A stretch of DNA of 63,869 nt, the filler included, from Welwitschia mirabilis (lineage: Eukaryota): assembly GCA_051453625.1 (NCBI GenBank). It is 8 parts of one record of this genome, joined end to end, with 100 filler letters (N's around TTAATTAATTAA, not from the genome) between each part and the next. Parts side by side here need not be neighbours in the genome. Positions count along the whole stretch, not along the records: positions 1 to 24,743 come from JBOZIK010000001.1; 7 more parts are not named here. One strand, given 5' to 3'. Both the position numbers and the translations under genes were made by a program. Under the pieces are notes generated by a model, which saw nothing but the letters and a program-made list of their open reading frames with translations, searched no databases and was not told the DNA's origin. Shown here one piece after another: positions 1-15,400 of this stretch. Each line of letters begins with the position of its first letter. Position 1 is the stretch's first letter.

Positions 1-3000
1 AGCATTTTCTTTATTTCTCTATTAGCATTTTCAGCTTATCCATTTGTCTGAGGATGATAAGCACAAGCTATTCTATGTTCAATACCAATAGATATAAGAA
101 GTTTCTTTAAAAGTGAATTCATGAAATGAGTAACCTAATCACTAATGATGACTTTAGAAAAACAAACCTTTAAAAGATATAAGATCTAAGAAAATAACAG
201 ACAGTTTGGACATCATTCAAAGAAGTAGGTATGACTTCAATCCATTTAGTTATGTAATTAATAGCCACTAAAATGTAATTTTTAATAAAAAAAGGTGGGT
301 GAATAAGGCCCATAAAATTAATACCCTAATAATTAAAAGCCTTACACTCAAGAATAGATCTAAGGAGCATTCCTTATAAATGAATAAGACTACCAAAACA
401 TTGACAAGGATCAAACCTTCTGCCAAAATCAAATGAGTCATGAAAAAGAAAAGACCAGTAAAAACCAAAATGAAGGATTTTCATGGTAGTTTTATATCCA
501 CTAAAATGTCCTCCACAATCACCACCATGATAAAGATGAAGAATCTTAGGTATTTCCCAATCGGGCACATATTTTCTCACAATCTGGTCTTTACACCTAT
601 GAGACAAATGTGGATCAAACCACTCATAGTTACTTATATGATGGAGAAAAGATTTATGCTAGTGATAGATCTAATGTTGTGGTGTTTTTATGGTTATAAA
701 ATAGTTGACAATGTCATCATACCATAGAGAAGGATGAGAAGAAGAAACAAAAAAAAGCTACTCATCAAAAAGGAATCATCAATGAGAATGTTATATGGAG
801 GAGAAGAAGTTGAGACAAATGATCGACCATAGAATTATGCTTCCCTGATTTATTTATGATGGTAAAATTAAATTCTTGCATAAGAAGGATCCATCTAATC
901 AAACAGGTACTATAATCTTTCTTAGTCATGAGGTAATGAATGGCTGCATGATCAGTATAAACATTCGTGTGAACTAAAAGATAGTATCTAAGAGAATGAA
1001 GACAAAAGATAATGGTAAGCATTTCTTTTTTTATAGTAGTATAGTTCATCTGAGATCTAGACAATGACTTGCTATGATAAGATATAACTTTAAAGTCTTT
1101 TTCATAACTTGCTATGATAAGATATAACTTTAAAGTCCTTTTTATACTTTTAGTAAAGAACCCCACTCACAACAAAATTACTAGCATCATACATAAGCTC
1201 AAAGTTAAGTGCCCAATTGGGTCCCATTACTATAAGAGCATAAGAAAATCTATGTTTAAGCCTATCGAAAGCAAGTTAACAAGATTCATTCCATTTCAAT
1301 TTGGCATCTTTCTTTAGTAATAAGTGAAGTAGTTTATAAATAGAAGCATAATCACGGATGAATCAACTGTAAAAACCACAATGACCAAGAACGATTAGAC
1401 CTATTTAACATTTATAAGAGGACTAAAATTTTGAATAATACCAACTTTAGAAGCATCCATCTTAATCCCCTTCNNNNNNNNNNNNNNTAATGCATCAATA
1501 TAAGACTTTTTTTAAATGATCTAAGATTTGCTCAAAATTTTGGAATGGATAGATAAGTTATCCATAAAAATCTAAATGAAATCCTTGAGCATATTGGAAG
1601 AAATACCCATCATAGCATGCTGAAAGATACTAAGAGCATCATAAAGTTCAAAAGGCATGCATCTAAAGGCAAAGGTACTAAAAGGAGAAGTAAAGGTAGT
1701 TTTAAATTGGTCCTCAATGTTAATGCCAACTTAATTGTAATCACTAAAACCATCAAGAAAAAAGTAAAAATCATAACCCTGAATCATATCAAGAATTTAA
1801 TCGATAAAAGGCAAAGGACAATGGTCTTTTTTAGTTACCTCATTTAGTTTTTTGAAGTCTATGCACATACGCCATTTCTCACACTTTTTAGGTACTACTG
1901 TCAAGGGGCTAATCTAATCACTATCAGTAATGGAGTAAATGATTTTAGCATCCATAACTTTTATAATTTCATCTTTTATAAATTATTTTAGGGCTGGATT
2001 AAGTCTATGTTGGGGTTGCTCACAGGTTTAGCATTCGTTATACAATTAATGTTGGTATGACTGATAAATCATTATGGAAGCAAGAAAATGCATGAGTCTT
2101 CAATTATAAAAGAGAAATAAGATTAGATTTTTGTTGAGGTAAAAGTTTTTTTCTGATAATTAATGGTTTATTTAGGTCTCTATTTAAAAAAATGTACTTT
2201 AGCCCACTGTCTAAAAGTTTCAAGTTCAGGTTAAGATTCAGACTTCTAGTTTTTAGAAAATTTTCAGAAAAGTTAACTATCATCTTAGACTATTTTTTGG
2301 ATATTAGTAGTGGACAACAAATCTTAAAATAAAAATTCTCAGGGTTTTCAATTTTTTAGACTTCAAAACAGTTTACAGACTTAGATTCACTACTCCTTAG
2401 ATCATAAAATGCAGTTGAAAGTTGATCAAACTCAAGTCGATTGTTAATNNNNNNNNNNNNNNNNNNTTCTAATTTATCGTCAAACAAGGTTGGCCCATAA
2501 AGCATGAACCATCTCTCCTTAAGTGGATGGTGCTGTAAAAATAAGGTTGGTAATATTTTTTGATTACACTAAATACTTGTATTAAAATTTGTTTGTTCTC
2601 AAAATGGTACTTCATCAATCCGGTTTAAGAGCTATTGCATAGAAAGATCTCCCTAGAAATGGGGGATATCCACTATAATGGTCAACTTCTAAAATAACTA
2701 CATTAATTAGGTAAAAAACTTCCTCTATTTGAATGACCAAGTCCTTGATTACACCTAAATATTTCTTTATAGATGTATCAGCTAACTCTAAGATAATGCA
2801 TGTAGGCTCTACTCTTTCTTCCAACTTAAAACATTGATAAATATAAAAGGGCATAATGTTGACACTAGCTTCTATATCAATTAAGGCTTTCTTGATTCTA
2901 CAATTTTCCTCTAAAGTAACACTAACATTTGCCACCCTTGGATCTTTAAATTTTTAACTTTTTTTGTAAATCAAGTTGCTAATGAATTGAGCTAGAAATA

Positions 3001-5368
3001 CTTTACTAGGGATGGTTTATTTTTGTTTCCTTCTTATTAGCTCTTTATATAGCTTAGAGTATCTTGGATTCTCTTATAAAAGTTTCTAAAAAGATAAGTT
3101 AATACTTATATTTTGCATTAAGGCTTTCAAATAATCATAAAAAATACGGTTTATGTTTAGCCTATCTAACCATGGGGTGGCAAGTTTATTTTTTAAAAGA
3201 TCTTTCTTTTTGTTTACTAAGGGAAGAAGGGAAGGAATGGTTTTCTAGGATTTTTATGTCCTTTTCCTCATCATTTTTGTTACTTTCAAAAGTTAAAGCC
3301 TCATGGTAGGGAGAGTTGTATTATTTTTACTTCTTGTCACTACCTTACGATATTTTCTTATTTATTAGGATTCAGTAAAGTTCAAGTGAGAAGGATACCT
3401 TATGTCTTTGATTGACAAGCATGATTTATTATAAAATACTTATAAGGTTTTCTATGTTTACATTTGTTTTCTCTTAAGTTTTTCTCAACTTCAAAATGGA
3501 GTTCCTAAGATGATCACTATTATTTTGGGATTTGGAAAGGTTTGTCAAGTTGTTTGGGTTGTCAAATTAAAAGTTTAAATGTTTAAACCTATTTCTAAAA
3601 GGTTGAAAGTTAGGATGATGAGTTTGAAAATTCCTACAGTTTGGTTTCTCTCATTCATCCTATTTTGAAAGTTGTAATTTTGGACTTGTCTTTGGTTCTA
3701 GTTTTGTATGTAGTTGGAAGGTCTTTTGTTAAAGGCATAGACTTCCTCATAGATTTTTTCTTTGTAAGTAAGAAGTAAAGGGCAATCTTTAGTAATATAA
3801 TAACTATCTTCACATAAATTGCATGTTGAAACAACAACTTCACTCTTCTCAGTTACTACTTTAGCATCAAGAATTATTTGGGTGTATTTCTCTAAGGTAG
3901 AAGTGAAATACTTAATAATGCTAGTTGGTTCATTTTTTACTTTGATTTTATGTTTCTCATGTTTAAGTTCTTTTAGGTCCTTAATGATTTGACTTACTAT
4001 TCAGTTTTCTCTAAAGGAGGGTTTAGGCCAAGTTTGACTTACTTCCACTAAATATTCAAACATCTTTCAAGCATCTTCTAGGGTTTATTTTAATAGATTA
4101 CCTCTATAAGAAAAATATATGAGTTGCTTGGTATGACTGTTCAATCCACTATAAAAATAATCAACTAACTCTACCTCTAAAAAGGCATCTAGGGGGTTTG
4201 AATGTAAGGCAACAAAGAATAGCTCACAGGCAATGGCATAGTCCTTATTAGGTAACTATTAGAAGTTTGTGACTTCTTTCTTATGTTTTTGGATGGTGGT
4301 TTCACTCATGTATCTTTTTATGAAGGCTTCTTGAACTTAACTCCAAGATTTAAGGCTTTTATGGGGAATTTTTCTAAGCCAAATTTTTGCTTTATCTCTT
4401 AAGATAATGGGAAAGATAACCATGTAAGTCCTATTACTAATTCAATTTTTACCATTTCCAGAAGTGAGGACAAGTTGTTCAATGTCAACAATGTGTTGTA
4501 ATGGATCTTCATTGGGCTCTCCACTAAAGGTAGGATAAGAATGCAAGTTTTGAAGTTCTACATGAGCACTGGGAGGTAAGTCCAAAGAAGTTTAGATTTC
4601 ACATTTTTTATTTGCTATAATATCTCTTAGAGTAGCATGAGTATTAGGTTGAGAAGAAGTAAAAGTTGGGGTTTCAATGACAAAGAGTGGATTTGGAGGG
4701 ATAGGTTATTTTTATTTTTGTTTCAAGGCTGACATGGTAGCAAAATCAGCTCTGTAAAAAAGTGGAAATTGTGGGAAATTCAAAATCTTGCGTACCTTTG
4801 CTATTTTAACCTATTTTTAGTTCAAGATTTATCAAATCTTTTCTAATGTTTTTAGCAATCAAGAGCTGCTATCTCTAGTATTTTTCCTTTTTGATAGACT
4901 TAACCATTCATATTCTATCTCAAATCTACAAAAGTACCATCTTGTACATCATCTGAACGATATCTTGGATGACAAAAAAACAGAAACCACAAGAAAAGAA
5001 AAAACAGAAAATAGAAACGAAAAATTGACTTTTTGACATAANNNNNNNNNNNNNNNNNNNNNNNNNNNNNNNNNNNNNNNNNNNNNNNNNNNNNNNNNNN
5101 NNNNNNNNNNNNNNNNNNNNNNNNNNNNNNNNNNNNNNNNNNNNNNNNNNNNNNNNNNNNNNNNNNNNNNNNNNNNNNNNNNNNNNNNNNNNNNNNNNNN
5201 NNNNNNNNNNNNNNNNNNNNNNNNNNNNNNNNNNNGAAAAATAGAAAATTGACTTTGTAAAAATGTGAAACCTATGTTATTGCAGGAACTATTACACTAC
5301 TATTGTAGCAAGCATCCGAACTGAAATACTTACCAAAGTAATAATAACTCTCAAGCTCCAAGTAGCCT

Positions 5369-5386
5369 TCTCTGGCAATGGCGCCA
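5369..5386 (-). promoter_or_regulatory. Primer-binding site complementary to tRNA-Asp 3' end
   Basis: Minus strand reads TGGCGCCATTGCCAGAGA versus the canonical Athila PBS TGGCGCCGTTGCCGGGGA; lies 3 nt after the LTR ...AACA end. Confidence 0.9.
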
Positions 5387-5389
5387 AGA

Positions 5390-6436
5390 TGTTACAGTGT
5401 ATATTTATGTAATGTTTATGTTCTAATTAGAATCCTATTAACTACAAATAATATGCATAAACACAACACACTAATATAGATAGGAGTGACTCAAATGTTA
5501 AGATTTGTTGAAGGCCAAAGTATGAAAATAAGAGAGTTACTTTCAAGATGAAAAATATGAAAACCCTAACTTATAAAATAACTTGCAATGTATGAAAATG
5601 AAATAAAACACATTTGTACAAAACTAATCTAGAAAAGGAAATATATAGTGCACCTAAACTAACTAAGAAAAACCTTGATAAAGATTTCCCTCATAATCTA
5701 TATCAAAGAGAAGTTGTTACTAAATCTCAAGCAACATAAATTATGAGGGAGAAGATCTTTATATAAAAAGAAATTTTTATATTGAAATTCACACCACATC
5801 TGTATTACAAAGTAGCCATACCCCAATGGAGAAAATATCATCCAATATCAAGAAAATGTCTCTCTGAAATTATAGGATGGTGTTTTAATCCCTTAATCTC
5901 TTGTCATAAGTATGTTGATATAATCAAAGATGATTATAAGTTGAGTAAGAAACCTCTATTTATTGACTCAAAGCATGAAATGAAACTAATAGAAAGACAC
6001 AAGGAAAACCCTAACTGCCCTACAGAGAGAAATTAGAATAGGTGATGAAAATTTAGGTAAACATTTAGTGCAATGTTATAATTAGTATCATTTGGCTAGC
6101 TAAATCCTCATCTGCTACTAGTTTAATTATTTGTTAGACCTATGATTATATAGTGGTGTTGTCGTCCATCCTATCATCTAAATGATGAGGAGGATGATGG
6201 CCTTTCAATAAATCTTCCATCAATTCTTTAGCCTTATTATTTATAGGAAATTATCATCCAAAATATTGATTATTCGTATTTGCCTAGAATTCTTGTAATT
6301 TATCGAGGAAATTGTATATTTCCATTCTTTTTATCTCGCTTCTTCATTATCATTAAATCTAAGCATTTATCTGCCAATTTACCTATAAAATAACTCAGAA
6401 TATCTTATCAAATACATGTAAATTGTTGGCATAACA
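5390..6436 (-). repeat. 5' LTR of element A
   Basis: Minus strand begins TGTTATGCCAACAATT and ends ...TGTAACA next to the PBS; homologous to other LTRs in the window. Confidence 0.8.
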
Positions 6437-9400
6437 GATAGCTAAGAAAATGATACTGTATATGCATAATATGAGATAGTGATACAAAAACTAATGTAAA
6501 TAATGTAATTAGTAATAATATCAAAGAATGATGCATTTAAAGTTTATTAATGTATTCTACAAGGGTAAAATACAAGAGTAATCATAGCATTCTTTTCTTT
6601 AGATGATTTAAAACATAGCTACAGGAATATTCTGTGAGTGTGCTATTATGCTCCTACTAAATAAAGTCCATAAAATTTATTTAAGTAACATGAAATCATA
6701 TTCAAAAAACTTATCATAAATATGTATCATGAAAGCCCAAATATGATTTTCTTTCCAAATTACAAATTGTTTCTTAATATCTTAGAATAATTCTAAGAAA
6801 TATGTTTTGTCCCTTAGTTGAAGTAAGACATCCTATATTACATAGAGTAAAAAGAATGATTATCATCCTGTCTATCATGAAGATGATAGACATGGGATGA
6901 TAATACTTAAATGACATGTTTGGTAAGGAGAAAAATAAGAAAAAGTTTGAAAACAAGCAAGCAAACAAAAAGTAGTAGAAAAGTAGAAAATAAGGTAGAG
7001 AGTGAGAATTATCTTAAAAAAACATGACCATGATAAAAAGAGATCTATGGAAAAAGGATACTAAATAAAACAAAATGCATTAAATAGGAAGAAGTAATGC
7101 TCAAAAGAACTCCTCAAATATGCTTGAAATTTGAAAGCTTAGAAAAGTAAGAAGTGAAACGTTAAAATTATCATTATCACCTATCAAAAAGAGAAAAAAC
7201 CACTCTCATGAAAAGAAGCTATGAGTAGAAATAATAAGAAATTACTAAATGTTTAGATCCATAATATTATTTTGAAAAAGTATGAGAATAACTTTACAAA
7301 ACCCAATCAATTAACTAAATAAAAGCAAAATGAAAATGGACAATTAGAAATAAAAAGAAGATTATTTACTTGCCCTAAATTCTAACTTAACAAATTCCTT
7401 AGTAACAATCATAAAATTGCTTGATAAAAAATGCATGACATCATATAAAAGTTTATAAAATACCATTCAAAAAGGTAATGATTATGATGATCTCAAGTAT
7501 GTCTAATGTTATCAAATAATGATTGATAAGATAAAAAGATAAATAAACATGAATTTCTAGCTGACATATGAAAGCAACACTAGAATCTAGAAAAGTAGAA
7601 TGATCATGTGAAAGTACTATATGCAAAAAAAGTGTAAAAAATAAGCAATCCCTTTGATAATACTAGGACACTAATGATCTTATAGACTTTAAGTAAAATT
7701 TTTTTTTTTTTACCATGATGAGGGAAGTGCAACTACTATTAGAGGATTAAAGACCCATACAACATGGTCAACTGACCCCCTAGTAGAGTTCTCATAGCTA
7801 CCATATGGCACTGCCAAAGGCTCCTTTTGGAAAAATTTTACTTGGTGGGCTTGTGATAGGATATCATAATTACCATTTTTTTAGTTTAGTTATGAAAGAA
7901 TATGGTTACTTATTTATTTAAATTTTTTATTTTTTATTTTTTAATTTTTTTGCATGACTAAGTACTCATAAGAATAAAAGTGAATTAATAAGATGAAAAA
8001 TAAGTAAGAACATGCAATAATAACTAATTACTCATACCATTGAAAGAGAGAAAAAAAACAAGTCNNNNNNNNNNNNNNNNNNNNNNNNNNNNNNNNNNNN
8101 NNNNNNNNNNNNNNNNNNNNNNNNNNNNNNNNNNNNNNNNNNNNNNNNNNNNNNNNNNNNNNNNTAACTAATTACTCATACCATTGAAAGAGAGAAAAAA
8201 AACAAGTCATATTCCTTTTGAATGAAGTTCATAGACATACAAATGTATTAAGACTAGGTTAATCTAATCTCATCATATTAAAATACTCAAGTACATGATT
8301 ACTAATCATGATAACTTGATAAAATGATACATAAGTTAAGTTAATGATATTTAAGTAAAAGAATAATGTCTACCTAAGGAATGAGTTAAGAAAAAATTTA
8401 AATAATGATAAGATAAAGGTCCTCCTCATTGAGAGGTACTTCCAAGATAAGTAGTTTTATCATGTTCAAGATTTTATCAATAGATGACTCATAAATTTTT
8501 AACATTTATCCATTGAATTTTTGAATGTCCTTAGTANNNNNNNNNNNNNNNNNNNNNNNNNNNNNNNNNNNNNNNNNNNNNNNNNNNNNNNNNNNNNNNN
8601 NNNNNNNNNNNNNNNNNNNNNNNNNNNNNNNNNNNNNNNNNNNNNNNNNNNNNNNNNNNNNNNNNNNNNNNNNNNNNNNNNNNNNNNNNNNNNNNNNNNN
8701 NNNNNNNNNNNNNNNNNNNNNNNNNNNNNNNNNNNNNNNNNNNNNNNNNNNNNNNNNNNNNNNNNNNNNNNNNNNNNNNNNNNNNNNNNNNNNNNNNNNN
8801 NNNNNNNNNNNNNNNNNNNNNNNNNNNNNNNNNNNNNNNNNNNNNNNNNNNNNNNNNNNNNNNNNNNNNNNNNNNNNNNNNNNNNNNNNNNNNNNNNNNN
8901 NNNNNNNNNNNNNNNNNNNNNNNNNNNNNNNNNNNNNNNNNNNNNNNNNNNNNNNNNNNNNNNNNNNNNNNNNNNNNNNNNNNNNNNNNNNNNNNNNNNN
9001 NNNNNNNNNNNNNNNNNNNNNNNNNNNNNNNNTTAACTGAGCCATTTGAGTGTACTTTTTCTATAAGATAAGAATCTAACCATTTAGAAGTTAACTTATT
9101 TTGTAAAAGGTGTACTTGAGTATTATATAGAAGAACAAGTTAACTAGGTTCAAATTACTTATGAAGAACTATTTTATCATGTTTGAACTTGGCTTAGGCT
9201 TTATAAATGAGTTGACGATGTATGGCGTGAGTACATTTTTCATCTAAATGATCAAGTTGGTTAATCAATTTATAATATTTTCATCCAAATCTACAAGATT
9301 AAGTTGATGAGTGGATCGATAGAAGATATAGTAAACATCAACTGGTAAAATACAAACTTTTTTGTACATAAGCTAATATGGTGAAAAACCTAGAGAATTA

Positions 9401-12400
9401 CACCAAGTAGTATAGTAAGCCCAAATGACATCATTAAGTTTAAATAACTATGTTTTCTTATTGATAGAAACTAATTTTTTAATCATTTTTTTAATTTCTT
9501 TATTCGCATTTTTAGCTTAGCCATTAGTTTGAGGATGATAAGCACATGTTGTTTGATGTTTGATGCTAAAGGATAAAAGAAGTTTTAGAAAAATGTGATT
9601 AACGAATGTGTTCTCTAATCACTAATGGTGATTTAAGGAAAACCAAATGTTAAAAAATAAAAGTTTGGACAAAGTTGAAATAGTTCAGGCATCATTCTTG
9701 GCAGTAGGAACAACTTCAACCCAATTAGTAATATAATAAATGGCCATTAGGATGTAATTTTTATCATAATAAGATGATTTAATAAGCATATAAAGTTAAT
9801 CCCCCAATAATCAAAAGGTTCACAATCAAGCATAGGTTTAAGAAGCATATCTTAGGAACAAGTTAGGCTACCATAACATTAACAAGCATTACACCTTTTA
9901 GAAAAGTTAAATAAGTCTTTAAAAAGGGTTAACTAATAAAAACTAGAGTTAAGAATTTTCATTAGCATCTTTTGACTACTAAAGTATTCATCACATACTC
10001 CATCAGATAAATTTTAAGGATTCCTAAGCTTTTCCATTTAGGCACATACCTATGCGTGATTTAGTCTTTGCATCATCTATAAATATGGAGTTCATTCCAC
10101 TCATATTTATTGATTCTATAGAGAAAAGATTTACATTAGTTATGGTTCTAATGTTAAGGTGTTTTAATAGTAATAAGGTAGTTCACAATATCAACATACC
10201 AAAGAGGAGAGTAAGTGGAAGAGATGGCATAAAGTTATTCAATAGCAAATAGTTACTCATTATGAAAGGAGTCATTTATGAGAAGTTCATCATGATAACA
10301 ACAAAGTAGAGATAGGTAATGTGAAATACTATTATGTTTTTCATCTTTATCGATGATGGTGAGATTAATTAAACTCTTGCATAATAAGGATTCACTTAAT
10401 AAGTATGGCACTAGAATATTTTTTAGTCATGAGATAGTCATGTAGTTGAATTGGGATTAAGACAAAGATTTACTAAGATACGATACAATATTAAAATAAT
10501 TGTTATATTTTTAGTCATAAACCCCCTCCATAGCAATGTTTCTTTCATTACACATAAGTTTAAAATCTTTCATCCAATTAGGACTCGTGACACTAGGTTT
10601 AGAATAGACTTTTTTCTTTAAGTGTATCAAATGCAAGTTGACATGANNNNNNNNNNNNNNNNNNNNNNNNNNNNNNNNNNNNNNNNNNNNNNNNNNNNNN
10701 NNNNNNNNNNNNNNNNNNNNNNNNNNNNNNNNNNNNNNNNNNNNNNNNNNNNNNNNNNNNNNNNNNNNNNNNNNNNNNNNNNNNNNNNNNNNNNNNNNNN
10801 NNNNNNNNNNNNNNNNNNNNNNNNNNNNNNNNNNNNNNNNNNNNNNNNNNNNNNNNNNNNNNNNNNNNNNNNNNNNNNNNNNNNNNNNNNNNNNNNNNNN
10901 NNNNNNNNNNNNNNNNNNNNNNNNNNNNNNNNNNNNNNNNNNNNNNNNNNNNNNNNNNNNNNNNNNNNNNNNNNNNNNNNNNNNNNNNNNNNNNNNNNNN
11001 NNNNNNNNNNNNNNNNNNNNNNNNNNNNNNNNNNNNNNNNNNNNNNNNNNNNNNNNNNNNNNNNNNNNNNNNNNNNNNNNNNNNNNNNNNNNNNNNNNNN
11101 NNNNNNNNNNNNNNNNNNNNNNNNNNNNNNNNNNNNNNNNNNNNNNNNNNNNNNNNNNNNNNNNNNNNNNNNNNNNNNNNNNNNNNNNNNNNNNNNNNNN
11201 NNNNNNNNNNNNNNNNNNNNNNNNNNNNNNNNNNNNNNNNNNNNNNNNNNNNNNNNNNNNNNNNNNNNNNNNNNNNNNNNNNNNNNNNNNNNNNNNNNNN
11301 NNNNNNNNNNNNNNNNNNNNNNNNNNNNNNNNNNNNNNNNNNNNNNNNNNNNNNNNNNNNNNNNNNNNNNNNNNNNNNNNNNNNNNNNNNNTCTATACAT
11401 TAATCCAAGAATTTCTCTAATCTTTCTATGGTTTATTTAAAGGTTTCACCAATGATGGAGAAGTCATCCATAAAGATTTCAATAGAATTCTCTATCATAC
11501 TAGAAACGATTCCCATCATTACTTCTTAAACCTTTCTAGGGGCATTACAAATTCTGAAGGGCATTTATTTAAATGAAAAGGTTCCATAGGATGAGGTAAA
11601 GGTTATTTTAGCTTAGTCTTTACTTATTATTCAAACTTGATTATAGCCACTATACACATCAAAAAAATAATAGTAGGCATTACCTTGGATTATATCAAGC
11701 ACTTGATCAAGAAAGGGTAAAGGAAAATGATCCTTTTTAGTGATTTCATTAATTTTTCTAAAAGTAATGCACATTCTCCATTTTTTACCCTTCTTTGGAA
11801 CTACTGTCAAAGGGATAACCACTCACTATTGGATTTAGCATATATGGTTTTAGCATCTAAAAGTTTAATAATTTCATCTTTAAGTATTTACTTAAGGGCT
11901 AAGTTAAGCCTTCTTTGAGGTTATCTAACAAGTTTAACATTGTTCTCAAGGTAAATTGTATGTTGAACCATGGAAAGAGGGATGACAGCTAAATATTTAT
12001 GGGTCCAAGCAAAGGCATCTTCTTTAGAAGTTAAGAGTGATATCAAGTTGTATTCTTGTTTATGAGTAATAAGGTCACTTATTATTAGAGGTTTCTTTAG
12101 ATTATTAGATAGAAAAATGTATTTTAGAACATTAGGCAACTCCTCAAGTTCAAGGTTAACATTTTCAACTATCATCCCCTTTGTCCTCGTAATAATAGAT
12201 GTGGAGTGAAACTTTGCAAATAAATTTTCTACTAAGTAGACATATTGGTTTGTGTTGAAAGATTCCTTATTTTCATACTCAAGATAGTGTTTTTCAATTG
12301 GGTCATCATACAAAGTTTATTTATGTAGCATTATCAATCTCTCTTCAATTGGCCGATGTTGTAAAAACAAGTTTGGTTTAAGCTCTTTCTCTAAGTTAAA

Positions 12401-15400
12401 CTCATCTCCTGTGTCCTTTATAATAGCATCAAAAACTCAAATGATAAATTTTTTGTTTCCTATATGACATTGCATCATTCTGATTCATGTGTCAATATAG
12501 TGGCTGTTGCATAAAAGGATCTTCCTAAGAGTATTGTATAACTTCCATTACGTTATACCTCAATGATGACCATATCTATTAGTTAAAAGGCTTTCTTAAT
12601 TTAGATAACTAACTTCTTGATAATCCCTAATGGTTTTCTAATTAAAGTATTAGCTAATTTCAAGATGATTCATGTAGGTTCTATTGTATTTTCTAACCAA
12701 ATTCTTTTACATATGTGAAGGGACATGATATTAATACAAGCTTCTATATCAATTAAAGCTTTTTGAATTCTTTTTTTTCTTACTAAGGTGAGACTCATAG
12801 TTACTGCTCTAGGATCTTTAAATTTAGGATACTTTTCATGACTAGATCAAAAATAGATTAAACAAGAAAAACTTTATTAGGAATATTGTTTTCTTCTTAC
12901 TAGGTCTTTTCATAACTTAGAATAGTTAGGATTTTATTGCAAGATTTTTACAAAAAGGTAAGTTGATGTTTACTTCTTGCATCAAGGTTTTAAAATACTT
13001 ATCAAAGATAGGATTTGTATTTAACCTATCAAGCTAAGAAGTAGATGGTTTCTTTCCTTTACTTTCTTATAAAGAATTTTTAGTGGAGCTTTTAGCATGT
13101 GATGTTGATGAGAAGTTGTATAAGCCAAATTTTCCTACATCATCTTTCTTATTACCTTCTTCATTATGTTTGAAATTTAAAACCTCATGAATAGACAATA
13201 TTGTATAATGTTCACTTTTTATTATTAGTTTCAAATTCTCTTNNNNNNNNNNTGCAAGAGACCCTTGTAGTCGTTTATTGGTAAGAATCATTTGTTGAAG
13301 CACATTTACTAAGTTTTAGATATTACTAGTAGTCTTTTCAATATTACTATTGGCCTTTTCTTGTACTTTTTTAATTCTTCTATGGAATCTATAAGTGATC
13401 ATTTTGATTTTATTGAAAATTAACGTTATTTAGTTAGAAGCTTAAATTTCTAAACCTATTCTCAAAAAGTTTTCATTATGATTGTTCACCTAATTTTTGT
13501 TGAAATTATAGTTGGCTTTTAAAGTAAGGTATTCTTTAGTTTGATGAACATCCTCTCGTTATAAGTTAATATCAAAGTATACTCTTTAGGTAGACGATAG
13601 TTATCTTCATCAATTTCACAAGTTGAAGTTATGTTTTCATCTTGTACTAAGTTTTCATCAACTATCGATTGAGTGTACTTCTCCAAAGTAGGAGTGAAAT
13701 CCTTAATTAAATTGGTTGAGTCATCTCTGTCTTCTTCTTTATCATGTTTAATCTTACTTAAATATTTTATGATTTGGACTATAGTTCCATTTTTCTTAAT
13801 GGGTTTAGGCTAATTTTAACTTATTTCTACTAGGTTTTCCAATATAATTCATGCATTTTCTAAAACTAAGTTTACCAAATGGCCATCATAATAAAAGTTT
13901 ATAAGTTGTTTAGTCTAATTATTCAATTCACAGTAGAAATAATTAACTAATTCTTCTTTATATAATTAATCAATTGGGTTGAAATGGCTAGTTATGATAA
14001 AACATTCATATGTTATAGCATAATCCTTGTGTGGCTGTTATTGAAAGTGGAACTTTCNNNNNNNNNNNNNNNNNNNNNNNNNNNNNNNNNNNNNNNNNNN
14101 NNNNNNNNNNNNNNNNNNNNNNNNNNNNNNNNNNNNNNNNNNNNNNNNNNNNNNNNNNNNNNNNNNNNNNNNNNNNNNNNNNNNNNNNNNNNNNNNNNNN
14201 NNNNNNNNNNNNNNNNNNNNNNNNNNNNNNNNNNNNNNNNNNNNNNNNNNNNNNNNNNNNNNNNNNNNNNNNNCATAAAAATGTTAAATAGGCACTTAAA
14301 TTTATTATTTCTAAATTATTACTAGGAGGTAAATCAAAGGAATTTTGGATTTTATGTTTTCTATTAGTAATTAAATCCCTAAGAGTAATGTTCACATTTA
14401 AAGTAGAAGTTCCTATAATGATTGGTGTATTAGAAGAAGTAACTTGCTTTTATTTTTATGACGATTTTAACATATTTGAAAAAGAAATGATATGATTTAC
14501 TTCTATACTAGAATTTTCTTTTACAAAATAAGATTCTAAAATAATAAAAGTAGAAAAATCTTATTTTTCAATTCTCAAAATTTATGTCCTTGGGATATGT
14601 GTACCTAAATTTTTCTCATAGTTGAATAATCTTGCTCTAATAGTCTCTTTAATCAAGTTTCACTCTTTATGATATTGCATCTTTCTACCATAATTTAACA
14701 TGTCCCTATGTACTCAGACAACAAATAAAAAATTGAAACAAAAAAGATTAATTTTTATCCATCTAGTCATGGAAACAATAGAAGGAATGACGATCACAAC
14801 AACAGAAATTTGAACTCAGATGAAAATTGCCAAGACTAAAAAACCAAACTATCATCTAAGATATCATGAAAATGATAGAGAAGGTAATAGAATTTTTATT
14901 ACTAATTTATAGACAAAAAAAAATTACAAAAAAGAAAATAAATTTTAAATTTAGAACTATTATTCCCAATGGCATGGAAATAATAAAGAGGATGATAGAG
15001 AATTTTAAAGCTATGTAAAATGAACATTGCTAAAATAAACCTACTTAACCTATGATGAAAATACAATACTATTTTAAATAAATAACCTAAATAAAAATTT
15101 CAAGTACTTATCTGGATACTGATAATCCTTCATCTTCTTGTGACCTTTCCCAGTAATAGTGTTGTAGTGTGAATTTGTATATTCTTTAAGTCCTTCGATA
15201 AAACCTATAAATCATAATACTTATAGCAAACATACATTAGTATAGATGAGAGTTAACCTGAATGTCATAATCCATTAAAGGCATTAGGCTAGAAGTTAGA
15301 GAATTGATTTCATAAAGTACTTTAGTCTTTTCTATTTTAGTAAATGAAAATAAATAGGAATGTAAATAAAATGTAAGCTGACTAATGATAAAAATGTAAT

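Larger units (their letters stand above)
1..6436 (-). mobile_element. Athila-type Ty3/gypsy element A (degenerate gag-PR-RT-RH-INT plus 5' LTR; 3' end lies outside the window)
   Basis: Minus-strand motifs: integrase zinc finger (CGGHFSGYKT..., 374-607), RNase H (NYTTIKKEML...TDHAAI, 765-1166), RT remnants ~1500-2050, protease (ALIDIEASVNIMP, 2615-2935), gag ~3600-4700; PBS at 5369-5386; many stops and frameshifts. Confidence 0.92.

Noticed and set aside
8021-8208. Exact direct repeats flanking 100-N gaps (also ~40812-40971 and ~52812-53039)
   Set aside because: Unmerged contig overlaps rather than biological duplications.
8506-14395. Long ORFs in the track composed mostly of X
   Set aside because: They are read-throughs of N gaps.
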